From: Cyanobacteria bacterium REEB459
GTDB taxonomy: Bacteria > Cyanobacteriota > Cyanobacteriia > Phormidesmidales > Phormidesmidaceae
Direction of reading: 5' to 3'
DNA length: 24,000 nucleotides
Assembly (NCBI GenBank): GCA_018970085.1
Contig: JAGWXD010000043.1
Span: forward strand, 401 to 24,400
Translations under genes and position numbers: made by a program
Shown here: positions 14,327 to 22,155 of the stretch, in pieces
How the letters are laid out: each line of letters opens with the position of its first letter
How positions within the stretch are numbered: the stretch's first letter is position 1
Notes under the pieces: generated by a model
What the model was told of the DNA's origin: nothing
The model's input: only the letters and a program-made list of their open reading frames with translations
Database searches by the model: none

Positions 14327-17281
14327 ATGGCTGGTATCCGGGTCCAATTCAGCACCTACTTGTACAAGCCGGTGATCCGGTCCATGGCTCTGGCGGGTTT
14401 AGGTCTGGCCCTCTCCCTGGCGATCGCGGGTGGGGTGAGACCGTCTGCCAGCCTGGCCCAGACCCAGGCCCCCACCCTGGTGGAGCGAGCCGATCAACTA
14501 TTGGAGAAACACCAACTGGCCCTGGGGGTAGCCGGCGCGGCGGTAGTGGGTTACCTGGGGGTACTGGGGCTGCGACCCCGATGGTTATTGAAACTCCCCT
14601 CCAAGGACATCACCCTACCCTGGACCCAGTGGACCCTACCCCTGACCCTGGTGAAGCCCTTGAAGTATCCCAACCGGGTGCTGGATGCCTGGGTGGAGGA
14701 TCATTGGCAGGTGGCGCGGGATCAATTTCTAGCCCTGGATACCGTAGATAACCGGACCCTTCACATTTCCCTACCGGTGGATCTGGACGGAATAACCCGG
14801 GAAGCCCTTCGCCCAGAGGATCTGGCTCCCACCTTTGCCAAGCAGCCCGCCCTTCTATTAATTACAGCGGAAGGGGGAGCGGGTAAAACCAGTTGGGCCT
14901 GCCAGATTGCCCAATGGGGGCTGGATAAAAAGTTAACTCAACACCGCCTGATTCCTTTATTGATTGAGAAGGACTTAGAGGAAGGGGTTTCCCTGCTAGA
15001 AACCCTGAGGGGGCGACTTGGCACCTTAACCGGCCAAAGTGATCCCCTGCCCCTGGACCTGGTGGAAAAGCTGCTGCGTCGCCAACGGTTGCTGGTGATT
15101 GTGGATCACCTATCGGAGATGGAAGCAACCACCCGTAAAGCCCTTAACCCGGATCTGCCGGACTTTGCCCCTAAGGCCCTGATTATCACCTCCCGTTTAG
15201 AGGAAAAGGATCGTCTGGGAAGTTTACCTAAGAGCATACTGAGGCCCCTACAGATTGAATCGACCCAGCTTTCGCTGTTTATGGTGGCCTACCTGAAGGC
15301 AAAAAATTTGGTGGGTCTACTGGAGGATGACGACTACTTTCTCGGTAGCGATCGCCTGCGCCGCATGACCGCCGATAAACCCATCACCCCCCTGCTGGCC
15401 TGCCTCTACATTGATCAGATGATCAACGAACGAAAAGGGGCCGGGGGCATCCTACCGGATTCTCTACCACGGTTGATGCTGAGCTACCTGACCCAGCTCA
15501 ACCGCGCCATCGAGCCCGCCAATAAACGGGAAGACCGGGAGGTACAACGGGATGCCAGGGCAGTGGCCTGGGCCTGTCTACAAAACACCTACCGCCCCAA
15601 CTGGATTAATACGGAAGCCGCCATCGCCGCCCTGGCCAGGGCGGAGGACAACACCGCCGAAGCCCGATTTCGCTACCTGAAGGACCGCCTATCCTTTCTG
15701 CAAAGCCCCGACCCGGGCGATCGCACCCGGGTGATATTAGACCCCCTGGCGGAATACCTGGCCGCCGCCTACCTGGTGGAACAGATTTCCCAGCAGCCAG
15801 ACCCCGAGGCGGCCTGGGAGGAGTTTTTTAGCCAGACCCTACCGGCCAAGCTGACCAAAACCGACAGTGATGCTATCCAGGTGAAGGGGTTCATCCTGGC
15901 CCTACGGGACTGCTGCCTTGACCAGAGCCAGGATGACGGCATCCCCGCCGGGGTGGCCGACCGCCTGGCCCGCACCGTTGATCTAGACCCCGAGGAACTG
16001 CGGCGCATCGAAGACCAGCGGCGGATTAAGCGGTTGATTGCCGACCTGGCGGAACCCAACCTAAAGGACCGCCTGCGGGCCGCCCAAGAGCTGACCACCT
16101 ACGGAGCCGCCGCCCGGGTGGCCGAACCCAACCTGGTGGGGATGCTAGAGAACCGCAAACAACAACCCCCCCAAGCCCGCCAGGCCGCCGCCGCCGCCCT
16201 GGGCAAACTGAAGATTGGCAACACCGCCCTGCTCACCCTGCTTCAGGATAGCCAAGAGGACCTGGAGGTGCGGGGCAGTGCCGCCCTGGCCCTGGGTGAA
16301 ATGGGCGCCGCCCAGGACACCCTATTGACCCTGCTCAACCATGAGCCCCAACCCCTGGCCCTGCGCCAGGCCGCCAGCCAGGCCCTGGGGTTAAGCGGGG
16401 GCCCCAGCAGCCAACCCCAGCCCATGCTAGAGCTAGGCCTGAGGGAGGGCCAGCCCCTCCCCCGGGTAATTAGCCCCCTGGTGTGGCGGGAAGCCCTGCC
16501 CCTGGAGCAAACCCTGGCCTTGGTGCAGATCCCGGCGGGGGAATTTGTGATGGGGTCTGGGGAGGGTGAGGAAGGCCGAGATTATTACCCCTATAATTTT
16601 CCAGAGACCCAAGGATTAGATGTAGAACAGCAACACCGGGTCAGCCTATCGGCCTTTTACCTGGGCCAGCACCCCGTCACCCAGGCCCAATGGCGAGCCG
16701 TCGCCAGCCTGCCCCCTATTAAGTATGAACTCAACCCAGACCCGGCCCAGTTTAAGGGGGAGCATCGACCCGTCGAGATGGTGACCTGGTATGAGGCGGT
16801 GGAATTTTGCGATCGCCTCTCTCAACACACCGGCAAACCCTACCGACTACCCAGCGAAGCGGAATGGGAATACGCCTGTCGGGCCGGTACCAGCACCCCC
16901 TTTTACTTCGGTGACACGATCACCCCCGACCTGGCCAACTACAACGGTAACTACAGTTATGGCTCTGGGCCGAAGGGAACCTATCGAGAACAGACTACCC
17001 CGGTGGGTAGCTTTGGGGTGAACCCCTGGGGACTAGCGGACATGCACGGTAATGTTTTGGAGTGGTGTGAAGACCACTGGCACCCCAGCTACGACAGTGC
17101 CCCCAGGGATGGTAGCGCCTGGGTGACTGGTGGCGATGATCGCTTTCGCCTGGTGCGGGGCGGGTCCGGGTTTAGCCTCCCAGTGGGCTGTCGCTCGGCC
17201 TTCCGCAATCGCCTCGATCCGAATGCTCGATTCAATGTCATCGGTTTTCGGGTGGTGTGTGCGCCGCCTGGGCTCCTGTAG
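14327..17281 (+). CDS. DGR target (variable) protein: TM helices, NACHT-like P-loop NTPase, HEAT repeats, FGE-sulfatase/C-type-lectin-fold domain carrying the VR
   Basis: Hydrophobic segments occur at aa ~20-36 and ~64-83. Walker A is ITAEGGAGKTSW (nt ~14870-14890). Walker B-like is RLLVIVDHLSEM (~15085-15120). Four PBS-lyase-type HEAT repeats (RLRAAQEL.., ARQAAAAALGKL, LEVRGSAALALGEMG, LALRQAASQALG) span nt ~16020-16400. The FGE/SUMF1 domain (GEFVMGS..HRVSLSAFYLGQHPVTQAQW..VTWYEAVEFC..LPSEAEWEYACRAG..GLADMHGNVLEWCED..VRGGS..IGFRVV) spans nt ~16515-17278. Confidence 0.9.
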   Translation: MAGIRVQFSTYLYKPVIRSMALAGLGLALSLAIAGGVRPSASLAQTQAPTLVERADQLLEKHQLALGVAGAAVVGYLGVLGLRPRWLLKLPSKDITLPWTQWTLPLTLVKPLKYPNRVLDAWVEDHWQVARDQFLALDTVDNRTLHISLPVDLDGITREALRPEDLAPTFAKQPALLLITAEGGAGKTSWACQIAQWGLDKKLTQHRLIPLLIEKDLEEGVSLLETLRGRLGTLTGQSDPLPLDLVEKLLRRQRLLVIVDHLSEMEATTRKALNPDLPDFAPKALIITSRLEEKDRLGSLPKSILRPLQIESTQLSLFMVAYLKAKNLVGLLEDDDYFLGSDRLRRMTADKPITPLLACLYIDQMINERKGAGGILPDSLPRLMLSYLTQLNRAIEPANKREDREVQRDARAVAWACLQNTYRPNWINTEAAIAALARAEDNTAEARFRYLKDRLSFLQSPDPGDRTRVILDPLAEYLAAAYLVEQISQQPDPEAAWEEFFSQTLPAKLTKTDSDAIQVKGFILALRDCCLDQSQDDGIPAGVADRLARTVDLDPEELRRIEDQRRIKRLIADLAEPNLKDRLRAAQELTTYGAAARVAEPNLVGMLENRKQQPPQARQAAAAALGKLKIGNTALLTLLQDSQEDLEVRGSAALALGEMGAAQDTLLTLLNHEPQPLALRQAASQALGLSGGPSSQPQPMLELGLREGQPLPRVISPLVWREALPLEQTLALVQIPAGEFVMGSGEGEEGRDYYPYNFPETQGLDVEQQHRVSLSAFYLGQHPVTQAQWRAVASLPPIKYELNPDPAQFKGEHRPVEMVTWYEAVEFCDRLSQHTGKPYRLPSEAEWEYACRAGTSTPFYFGDTITPDLANYNGNYSYGSGPKGTYREQTTPVGSFGVNPWGLADMHGNVLEWCEDHWHPSYDSAPRDGSAWVTGGDDRFRLVRGGSGFSLPVGCRSAFRNRLDPNARFNVIGFRVVCAPPGLL
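17147..17270 (+). repeat. DGR variable repeat (VR), 3' end of the target gene
   Basis: Gap-free 124-bp alignment to 19014-19137 (offset 1867). There are 20 mismatches, 19 of them at TR adenines. The repeat is in frame and encodes [41 protein letters not shown]. Confidence 0.9.
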
Positions 17282-17331
17282 CCCTTTACCCTTTTGCGCT
17301 TTTGCCCTTTGCCCTGGGTCGAGGTTCGAAT

Positions 17332-17346
17332 ACGCGCGGAGCGCGT
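17332..17346 (+). terminator. GC hairpin ACGCGC-GGA-GCGCGT followed by TTTAAAAATTTTT (terminator and/or DGR target-recognition hairpin)
   Basis: Perfect 6-bp GC-rich stem, 51 nt after the target stop codon, with an A/T tract downstream. Confidence 0.4.
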
Positions 17347-17485
17347 TTAAAAATTTTTCAGTGCCACGGCTGGGTATTCGTTCTAGCTGGCCGGCGACTA
17401 TAACCTTAGGTAACATTATGGGCCACCGCCACATCTAGGGGTGTAGAGTGATATTTTCACCCCTTTACCCCCAGATAGGCAATTT

Positions 17486-17863
17486 ATGACTAAACCTGCC
17501 GTCGCCGATTTGCCCGTCATTCAAAAAGCTTACGATCTGGTGAAGTGGTACGTCCCCATTCTGAACCGCCTACCCCGAGATCATCGTTTCACCCTGGGGG
17601 AACGCATCATTCAAGGGCTCTATGACCTGTTAGAAGGCCTGATCCAGGCCCGTTACAGCGCCAATAAACTAGAGCGTCTACAAACCCTCAACATCCGCCT
17701 GGACCTGCTTCGCCACCAAACCCGACTTCTATTCGACTTTCACCTGATGGAGGTTAGTCGTTATGAGTATGTTGGCACGATGATCAACGACCTGGGCATG
17801 GAACTAGGGGGATGGATAAAACAACAGAAAACCCGTCAGCCCCCCTCACTGCACCCCAGTTAA
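17486..17863 (+). CDS. avd: DGR accessory variability determinant (Avd), four-helix-bundle protein
   Basis: 125 aa. [50 protein letters not shown] matches the four-helix-bundle / 23S rRNA-IVS protein family used as DGR Avd. It lies immediately upstream of the RT. Confidence 0.85.
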   Translation: MTKPAVADLPVIQKAYDLVKWYVPILNRLPRDHRFTLGERIIQGLYDLLEGLIQARYSANKLERLQTLNIRLDLLRHQTRLLFDFHLMEVSRYEYVGTMINDLGMELGGWIKQQKTRQPPSLHPS

Positions 17864-17879
17864 ACCCCGGGTAACCACC

Positions 17880-18956
17880 ATGAAACGCCACGGCTACCTG
17901 TGGGAGGGGATTATTGACTTTGCCAACCTGCTGGCAGCGGCCCGCCAGGCCCAGAAAGGGCGACGGATGCGGGATAACATTCTGCGCTTTAACTACAACC
18001 TGGAATCAGAACTCCTCCAACTACGCCAGGAACTGATCAACCAAACCTATTCTCCTGGACCCTACACCACCTTTCAGGTGAGGGAACCCAAGGCCCGATT
18101 AATTTCTGCCGCACCCTACCGGGACCGGGTGATTCACCATGCCCTGTGTAACGTGATCCTACCGATCTTTGAGGTCACCTTCATTCGTGATTCCTACGCT
18201 AACCGGCTGGGCTATGGCAGCCATCGAGCCCTGAAGCGATTTATCGAATTTAGCCGCTCCAGCCGCTATATCTTGCAATGTGACGTGCGCAAGTACTTCC
18301 CCTCCATCGACCATGCCCTTCTCAAGGAAATGATTCGCCGCAAGATCAAATGCCCCCCTACCCTGTGGCTGATTGATCGGATCATCGATGCCAGCAACGA
18401 CCAGGAGCCGGTGATTGACTATTTCCCTGGAGATGACCTACTCACCCCCATTCAGCGGCGGCGGGGCCTACCGATTGGTAACCTGACCAGTCAATTCTTT
18501 GCCAACATCTACCTGAATAGCCTGGATCACCTGGTCAAAGAACAGCTCCGTATAGCAAAGTATCTGCGCTACGTCGATGACTTTGCCCTATTTGCCGATG
18601 ACCGAGATACCTTAATCACAGCCCGCTTAGCTCTCGAAGCCCACCTAGCCAAACTACGCTTGAGGATTCACCCCATTAAAAGTCAACTGTTTGAAACATC
18701 CCGAGGCCCCACCTTTGTTGGGTTTCGGGTTTGCCCAGACCGGGTGCGGGTCAGATCCGCCAGCCTTCGCCGTGGTCGATATCGCCTGAAACGATATCAA
18801 CGACAGTACGCCCAGCATGATTTATCCTTCGAGCAACTGACCCAGGCCATTCGTAGCTGGGCAGCCCACCTGAAACATGCCGACACCTGGCACTTGAGAG
18901 CCGACATTTTTACCCAGTTAGTGTTTGTCAAAACTCCCAAGCTGCAAACAAGATGA
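17880..18956 (+). CDS. DGR reverse transcriptase
   Basis: RT motifs are present: [47 protein letters not shown] (the DGR-typical I/LGxxxSQ), [14 protein letters not shown] (catalytic YVDD) and FVGFRV. At 358 aa it has no maturase or endonuclease extension. Confidence 0.9.
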   Translation: MKRHGYLWEGIIDFANLLAAARQAQKGRRMRDNILRFNYNLESELLQLRQELINQTYSPGPYTTFQVREPKARLISAAPYRDRVIHHALCNVILPIFEVTFIRDSYANRLGYGSHRALKRFIEFSRSSRYILQCDVRKYFPSIDHALLKEMIRRKIKCPPTLWLIDRIIDASNDQEPVIDYFPGDDLLTPIQRRRGLPIGNLTSQFFANIYLNSLDHLVKEQLRIAKYLRYVDDFALFADDRDTLITARLALEAHLAKLRLRIHPIKSQLFETSRGPTFVGFRVCPDRVRVRSASLRRGRYRLKRYQRQYAQHDLSFEQLTQAIRSWAAHLKHADTWHLRADIFTQLVFVKTPKLQTR

Positions 18957-19013
18957 AAAATACTCCACTCAAGGCCAATTTAGCCTAGGGTGAAGGCTAG
19001 GGGCAGGTCAGCC

Positions 19014-19137
19014 CACCTGGTGCGGGGCGGGTCCTGGTATAACAACCCAGTAAACTGTCGCTCGGCCAACCGCAATCGCAACAATCCGAATAATCGAAAC
19101 AATAACATCGGTTTTCGGGTGGTGTGTGCGCCGCCTG
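19014..19137 (+). repeat. DGR template repeat (TR)
   Basis: It starts 57 nt after the RT stop. In the VR frame it reads [41 protein letters not shown], with 12 AAY codons. Adenines at third codon positions occur only in 4-fold degenerate codons (CCA, GTA, CGA). The last 28 nt contain no adenine and are identical to the VR. Confidence 0.9.
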
Positions 19138-19503
19138 CACTCTTGAGCGCCAGAGCCAGTCAATGATCATTGATTGGGCGTGCCCATAAGAGTCCAGACC
19201 TGCTCCTGTCATACCCCCTGGCTCTCTAATCCTGGAGACCTGGTATGCAAAAACACCCCTGGGCTGAGCAGCCTGGTAGGCCATAGCTCGACGGGTTGTT
19301 TAGCCCATCCCTCCATTTGCCCGAGCTGCGGACCTTAAGAGATGCGGACCTTAAGAAAGGTTTTTAGATTTGAGCTCCCTAATCACTCCCCCGTAGAGTG
19401 AATAAATCACATCACACTCCCGACCCTGCCACCCCGGCGGGGTTCTTAGTTTGTGGTTGTCATCGCTGACGTCACAACTAACCCTGGGCTTCAGTGCCCC
19501 CCC

Positions 19504-19710
19504 CTATTCCACCACCCGCACCAGGGCCCCCTCCTTCACCCAGGTCCGTTTACTAGACCACTTCACCCGATAACGATTCAGCTCCCCGTCGTACTCCACC
19601 ACCCTACCCACCCGGGGCACCAACACCCTTTTCCCCTGGGAATCCCCCCATTCCACCAAATTACGCGAATCCTGCACCAGATCACCCAAAGCAAATTTCA
19701 TCCTACTCAC
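19504..19710 (-). CDS. Hypothetical small protein
   Basis: 68 aa. GTG start 3 nt after the upstream stop, with an alternative ATG at codon 4. No family recognised. Confidence 0.45.
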   Translation of the reverse strand: MSRMKFALGDLVQDSRNLVEWGDSQGKRVLVPRVGRVVEYDGELNRYRVKWSSKRTWVKEGALVRVVE

Positions 19711-19713
19711 CTG

Positions 19714-20121
19714 CTAATACCCCAACGCCTTCACCACATAGTCTGGTAACGACTCCACCCCCGTAGGTGGACTCTCCTGGGAAAAGGTAATCAACCGTAC
19801 ATAGCCACTCTCCCCCTCCTCCCCACTGCCCACAGGGCGGCTAAACCAGATGGCCGCCCCATACTTGGGATTACTACCACAGCGCCTCAGATAGTAATGG
19901 CCCATCCACCAGACCACCGTCGGCCCATAGGGATCTCGCTTAATTTCATGGGCCCCAATTCGACTCACCCAATTGCCCCCATACTCTGACAAAGGCTTAC
20001 GCCAATTAGGCGGATGCTGACTGGCCAGTGCCATCATCGCCAGCTCTATACGCTTGAGGGTCTCCGTCAATAGCCCAAACAGGGCACTGGTATCGCTGCC
20101 ATTACCGGTGGTAGTCGCCAT
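19714..20121 (-). CDS. Hypothetical protein (phage-like module)
   Basis: 135 aa. AAGGAG sits 8 nt upstream of ATG 20121. No motif recognised. Confidence 0.6.
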   Translation of the reverse strand: MATTTGNGSDTSALFGLLTETLKRIELAMMALASQHPPNWRKPLSEYGGNWVSRIGAHEIKRDPYGPTVVWWMGHYYLRRCGSNPKYGAAIWFSRPVGSGEEGESGYVRLITFSQESPPTGVESLPDYVVKALGY

Positions 20122-20161
20122 AATTTCAACTCCTTTAACTCAAGTTTTGCTAGACAAGCCC

Positions 20162-20935
20162 TTAGGGAAAGCAAAACAAACTGGGCTGAAACCCCGACAC
20201 CGCCGCCGCCGCCAGCCCCGTATCTAGATCAATGCCAATGGCGTCATAGCCCCGCTCACCCGCCGCCAACAAAGAGGTACCCGTGCCACAAAAGGGATCC
20301 AACACCGTAGCCCGCTGCCGCGTTGCACAGCCGAGTAACCGCCGGGCCAGGGCCGGGGCCATCTTACAGGGATGCTCTGAAGCCACCGACGGATAGGCCA
20401 GCACACTGGTATCGGTGGGGGTATAGGCTAACCGGGGCCGCTGCCGGCGATCGCAACCCAACACAAACACATACTCATGGCAACGGCGAGGATTGCCCAA
20501 GGGCTGCTGACTGCGGTTACCCTGATGCCAGATCAAGGTTTCACGATGCACCCACCCCGCCCCCTGCAACCGCTGTAGCAATAGCCAGGGCACCGGTATC
20601 TCCTCCCCACTGCGATAGCCAGGCTCCGGCCTCCGGCGATAGGACGCCGCCGCCCCCCGACCCCCTCGCCTAACCACGCTATAGCCACTGGTGGTCGGCC
20701 CCAGGTTCAGCCACAACACCCCCCCCTGGGCCATACCCGCCTGCACCAGGGCAAACACCCGCTCTAGACAACCCAGATAGGCCCCTAGACTTTCCTCATG
20801 GCCGTACTCCCCCGGATGGCCGTAGTCAATCAGACCATAGTAGGGGGGACTGGTGAGGGCATAGTGCCACCCCCGGCCCTGGGAAAGGAGCGTTTGCAGG
20901 TGGGTCAGGGCATCGCCCTGGAATAGGTCAATCAT
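20162..20935 (-). CDS. DNA methyltransferase, N4/N6 family, beta-class motif order (orphan)
   Basis: Catalytic motif IV is LTSPPYYGL near the N-terminus. The AdoMet motif I, VLDPFCGTGTSLLAA, is near the C-terminus and is preceded by HPCKMAPALARRLL. Confidence 0.85.
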   Translation of the reverse strand: MIDLFQGDALTHLQTLLSQGRGWHYALTSPPYYGLIDYGHPGEYGHEESLGAYLGCLERVFALVQAGMAQGGVLWLNLGPTTSGYSVVRRGGRGAAASYRRRPEPGYRSGEEIPVPWLLLQRLQGAGWVHRETLIWHQGNRSQQPLGNPRRCHEYVFVLGCDRRQRPRLAYTPTDTSVLAYPSVASEHPCKMAPALARRLLGCATRQRATVLDPFCGTGTSLLAAGERGYDAIGIDLDTGLAAAAVSGFQPSLFCFP

Positions 20936-21001
20936 GGATTTAGTCCGAAGGAAGCAGGGTTACCCCCAGCCAGGGCCAGGGTGTTAGCAATCGACCAACC
21001 C

Positions 21002-21862
21002 TCAAGCCCGCTGGGCGGCCTGGGAACTGGCCAGACTGGTAATCAACTCAACCAGGCGATCGCAGTCGCTAGAGGACAACTGGCGCGGATTAGTCCGCCC
21101 ATCAAACTCCGCCATAATCAAACTGCGCACCGACTCCAGATCTAAGCCCGCCGCCTCCCGGGCCACCCGGACCCGCCGCCCCTTACTCTCCCCACTCTCC
21201 TCCATCGGACTGCCATCACTGAGCCAGAGCATCAGGGTATCGGCCAAAGACTCCCCCGGATTAGCATGGGTGGTATTAGCCAGGGCCGGACAGCGGCTCT
21301 TGGAAATCGAGAGGATATGGTTAAGATCCATCTCCCCCGCCAGGTCAAACTCATACTCAATACCAGAGGCCTGAATCGGGGCCATCCCCACCTTGCGGGG
21401 GGCCGTCCTACCTTTCTGGTCTTCTTCTAATACCCACTCCGTCTTCGTCCGCATGGTGCCGATGATATGGGCGGGAGACCCCAGCATCTCCTGAACCAAA
21501 GCCCGCTCTAGCTTGCGCACATCTCCCCAGGCGGCAAAGGAATTTTGGGCTTGACTGGTCTTATCTAACTCCCAGAACCAGGCATGGCTAAGGGAATCAA
21601 TAATGATCACCTCATACTCCGCCTGGGCCGCCTCCCGTAACAGATTGATGTAATTACCGGGATGGCAATCCTTCAACTCACAGACATCAAACTCGAACCG
21701 GTCAGCATACTTACTGGCACTGCCATGCTCGGTGTCAATCACCGCAATCCGTCTACCCAGATGCTGGGCAATATTGAGAGCGCTGTAGGTCTTACCACAG
21801 CCACTCGGCCCCGATAGGGCCAGCCGCAGGCGGGATTGGTGTTTAGTGGCCTTCTTAAACAT
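21002..21862 (-). CDS. AAA_24 / Sak4-like RecA-fold ATPase (phage recombination-replication type)
   Basis: I prefer ATG 21862 (MFKKATKHQSRLRLALSGPSGCGKTYSALN), which has TAAGGAG 7 nt upstream. Walker A is GPSGCGKT. Walker B is EVIIIDSLSHAW. Confidence 0.75.
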   Translation of the reverse strand: MFKKATKHQSRLRLALSGPSGCGKTYSALNIAQHLGRRIAVIDTEHGSASKYADRFEFDVCELKDCHPGNYINLLREAAQAEYEVIIIDSLSHAWFWELDKTSQAQNSFAAWGDVRKLERALVQEMLGSPAHIIGTMRTKTEWVLEEDQKGRTAPRKVGMAPIQASGIEYEFDLAGEMDLNHILSISKSRCPALANTTHANPGESLADTLMLWLSDGSPMEESGESKGRRVRVAREAAGLDLESVRSLIMAEFDGRTNPRQLSSSDCDRLVELITSLASSQAAQRA

Positions 21863-21884
21863 GGTCAATCTCCTTAGTGGAATA

Positions 21885-22142
21885 CTAAAACTCGTCAGAA
21901 TCAACCTCAGTCAAGGGCGAGACCTGCCGCCTGCCCTTCACCCCCCCGGGGGATAAACCAGCCAACTCACCCTCAAAATTACGAAACAGCGCCCCCACCA
22001 CCGCCAGTAGACCCCAGCGGTCTACGATGGCTTGCAGGTGGGCCAGGTCCAATTCCCAGGCCTGGGCGCGTTCATCCTCGATTCGCTCCTGTTCAGCCTG
22101 GTAATGCTGATAGGCCAGTTCAACGGGTTCACGGACCATCAT
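21885..22142 (-). CDS. Hypothetical protein
   Basis: I prefer ATG 22142 (MMVREPVELAYQHYQ...), preceded by GGAGGAG and lying 13 nt after the upstream stop. The track start at 22280 would overlap the upstream gene. Confidence 0.5.
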   Translation of the reverse strand: MMVREPVELAYQHYQAEQERIEDERAQAWELDLAHLQAIVDRWGLLAVVGALFRNFEGELAGLSPGGVKGRRQVSPLTEVDSDEF

Positions 22143-22155
22143 GGTGATCTCCTCC

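Noticed and set aside
14862-16828. Several 60-109 aa minus-strand track ORFs inside the DGR target gene
   Set aside because: They are antisense frames of a well-supported 984-aa CDS, with R/S/W/P-rich composition typical of non-coding frames in GC-rich DNA.
16515-17278. C-terminal domain as a genuine formylglycine-generating (sulfatase-maturating) enzyme
   Set aside because: The domain's C-terminal strand is the hypervariable VR, it is fused to a STAND NTPase, and no sulfatase gene is nearby. DGR variable proteins commonly hit the FGE-sulfatase profile because they share the CLec fold.
17323-17331. GGTTCGAAT, a tRNA T-loop-like string downstream of the VR
   Set aside because: The flanking bases cannot form a T stem (cgagg versus acgcg) or an acceptor stem, so this is not a tRNA or tRNA fragment.
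17880-18956. RT as a retron or group II intron RT
   Set aside because: An adjacent Avd gene, a TR/VR pair with adenine-specific mismatches and the I/LGxxxSQ motif all point to a DGR. There is no maturase X or endonuclease domain, no intron-like flanking structure and no msr/msd-like inverted repeats.
18997-19284. 95-aa minus-strand ORF downstream of the RT
   Set aside because: It lies antisense over the DGR template repeat and its structured 3' flank. It has no Shine-Dalgarno sequence and no recognisable family. The region is better explained as the TR RNA.
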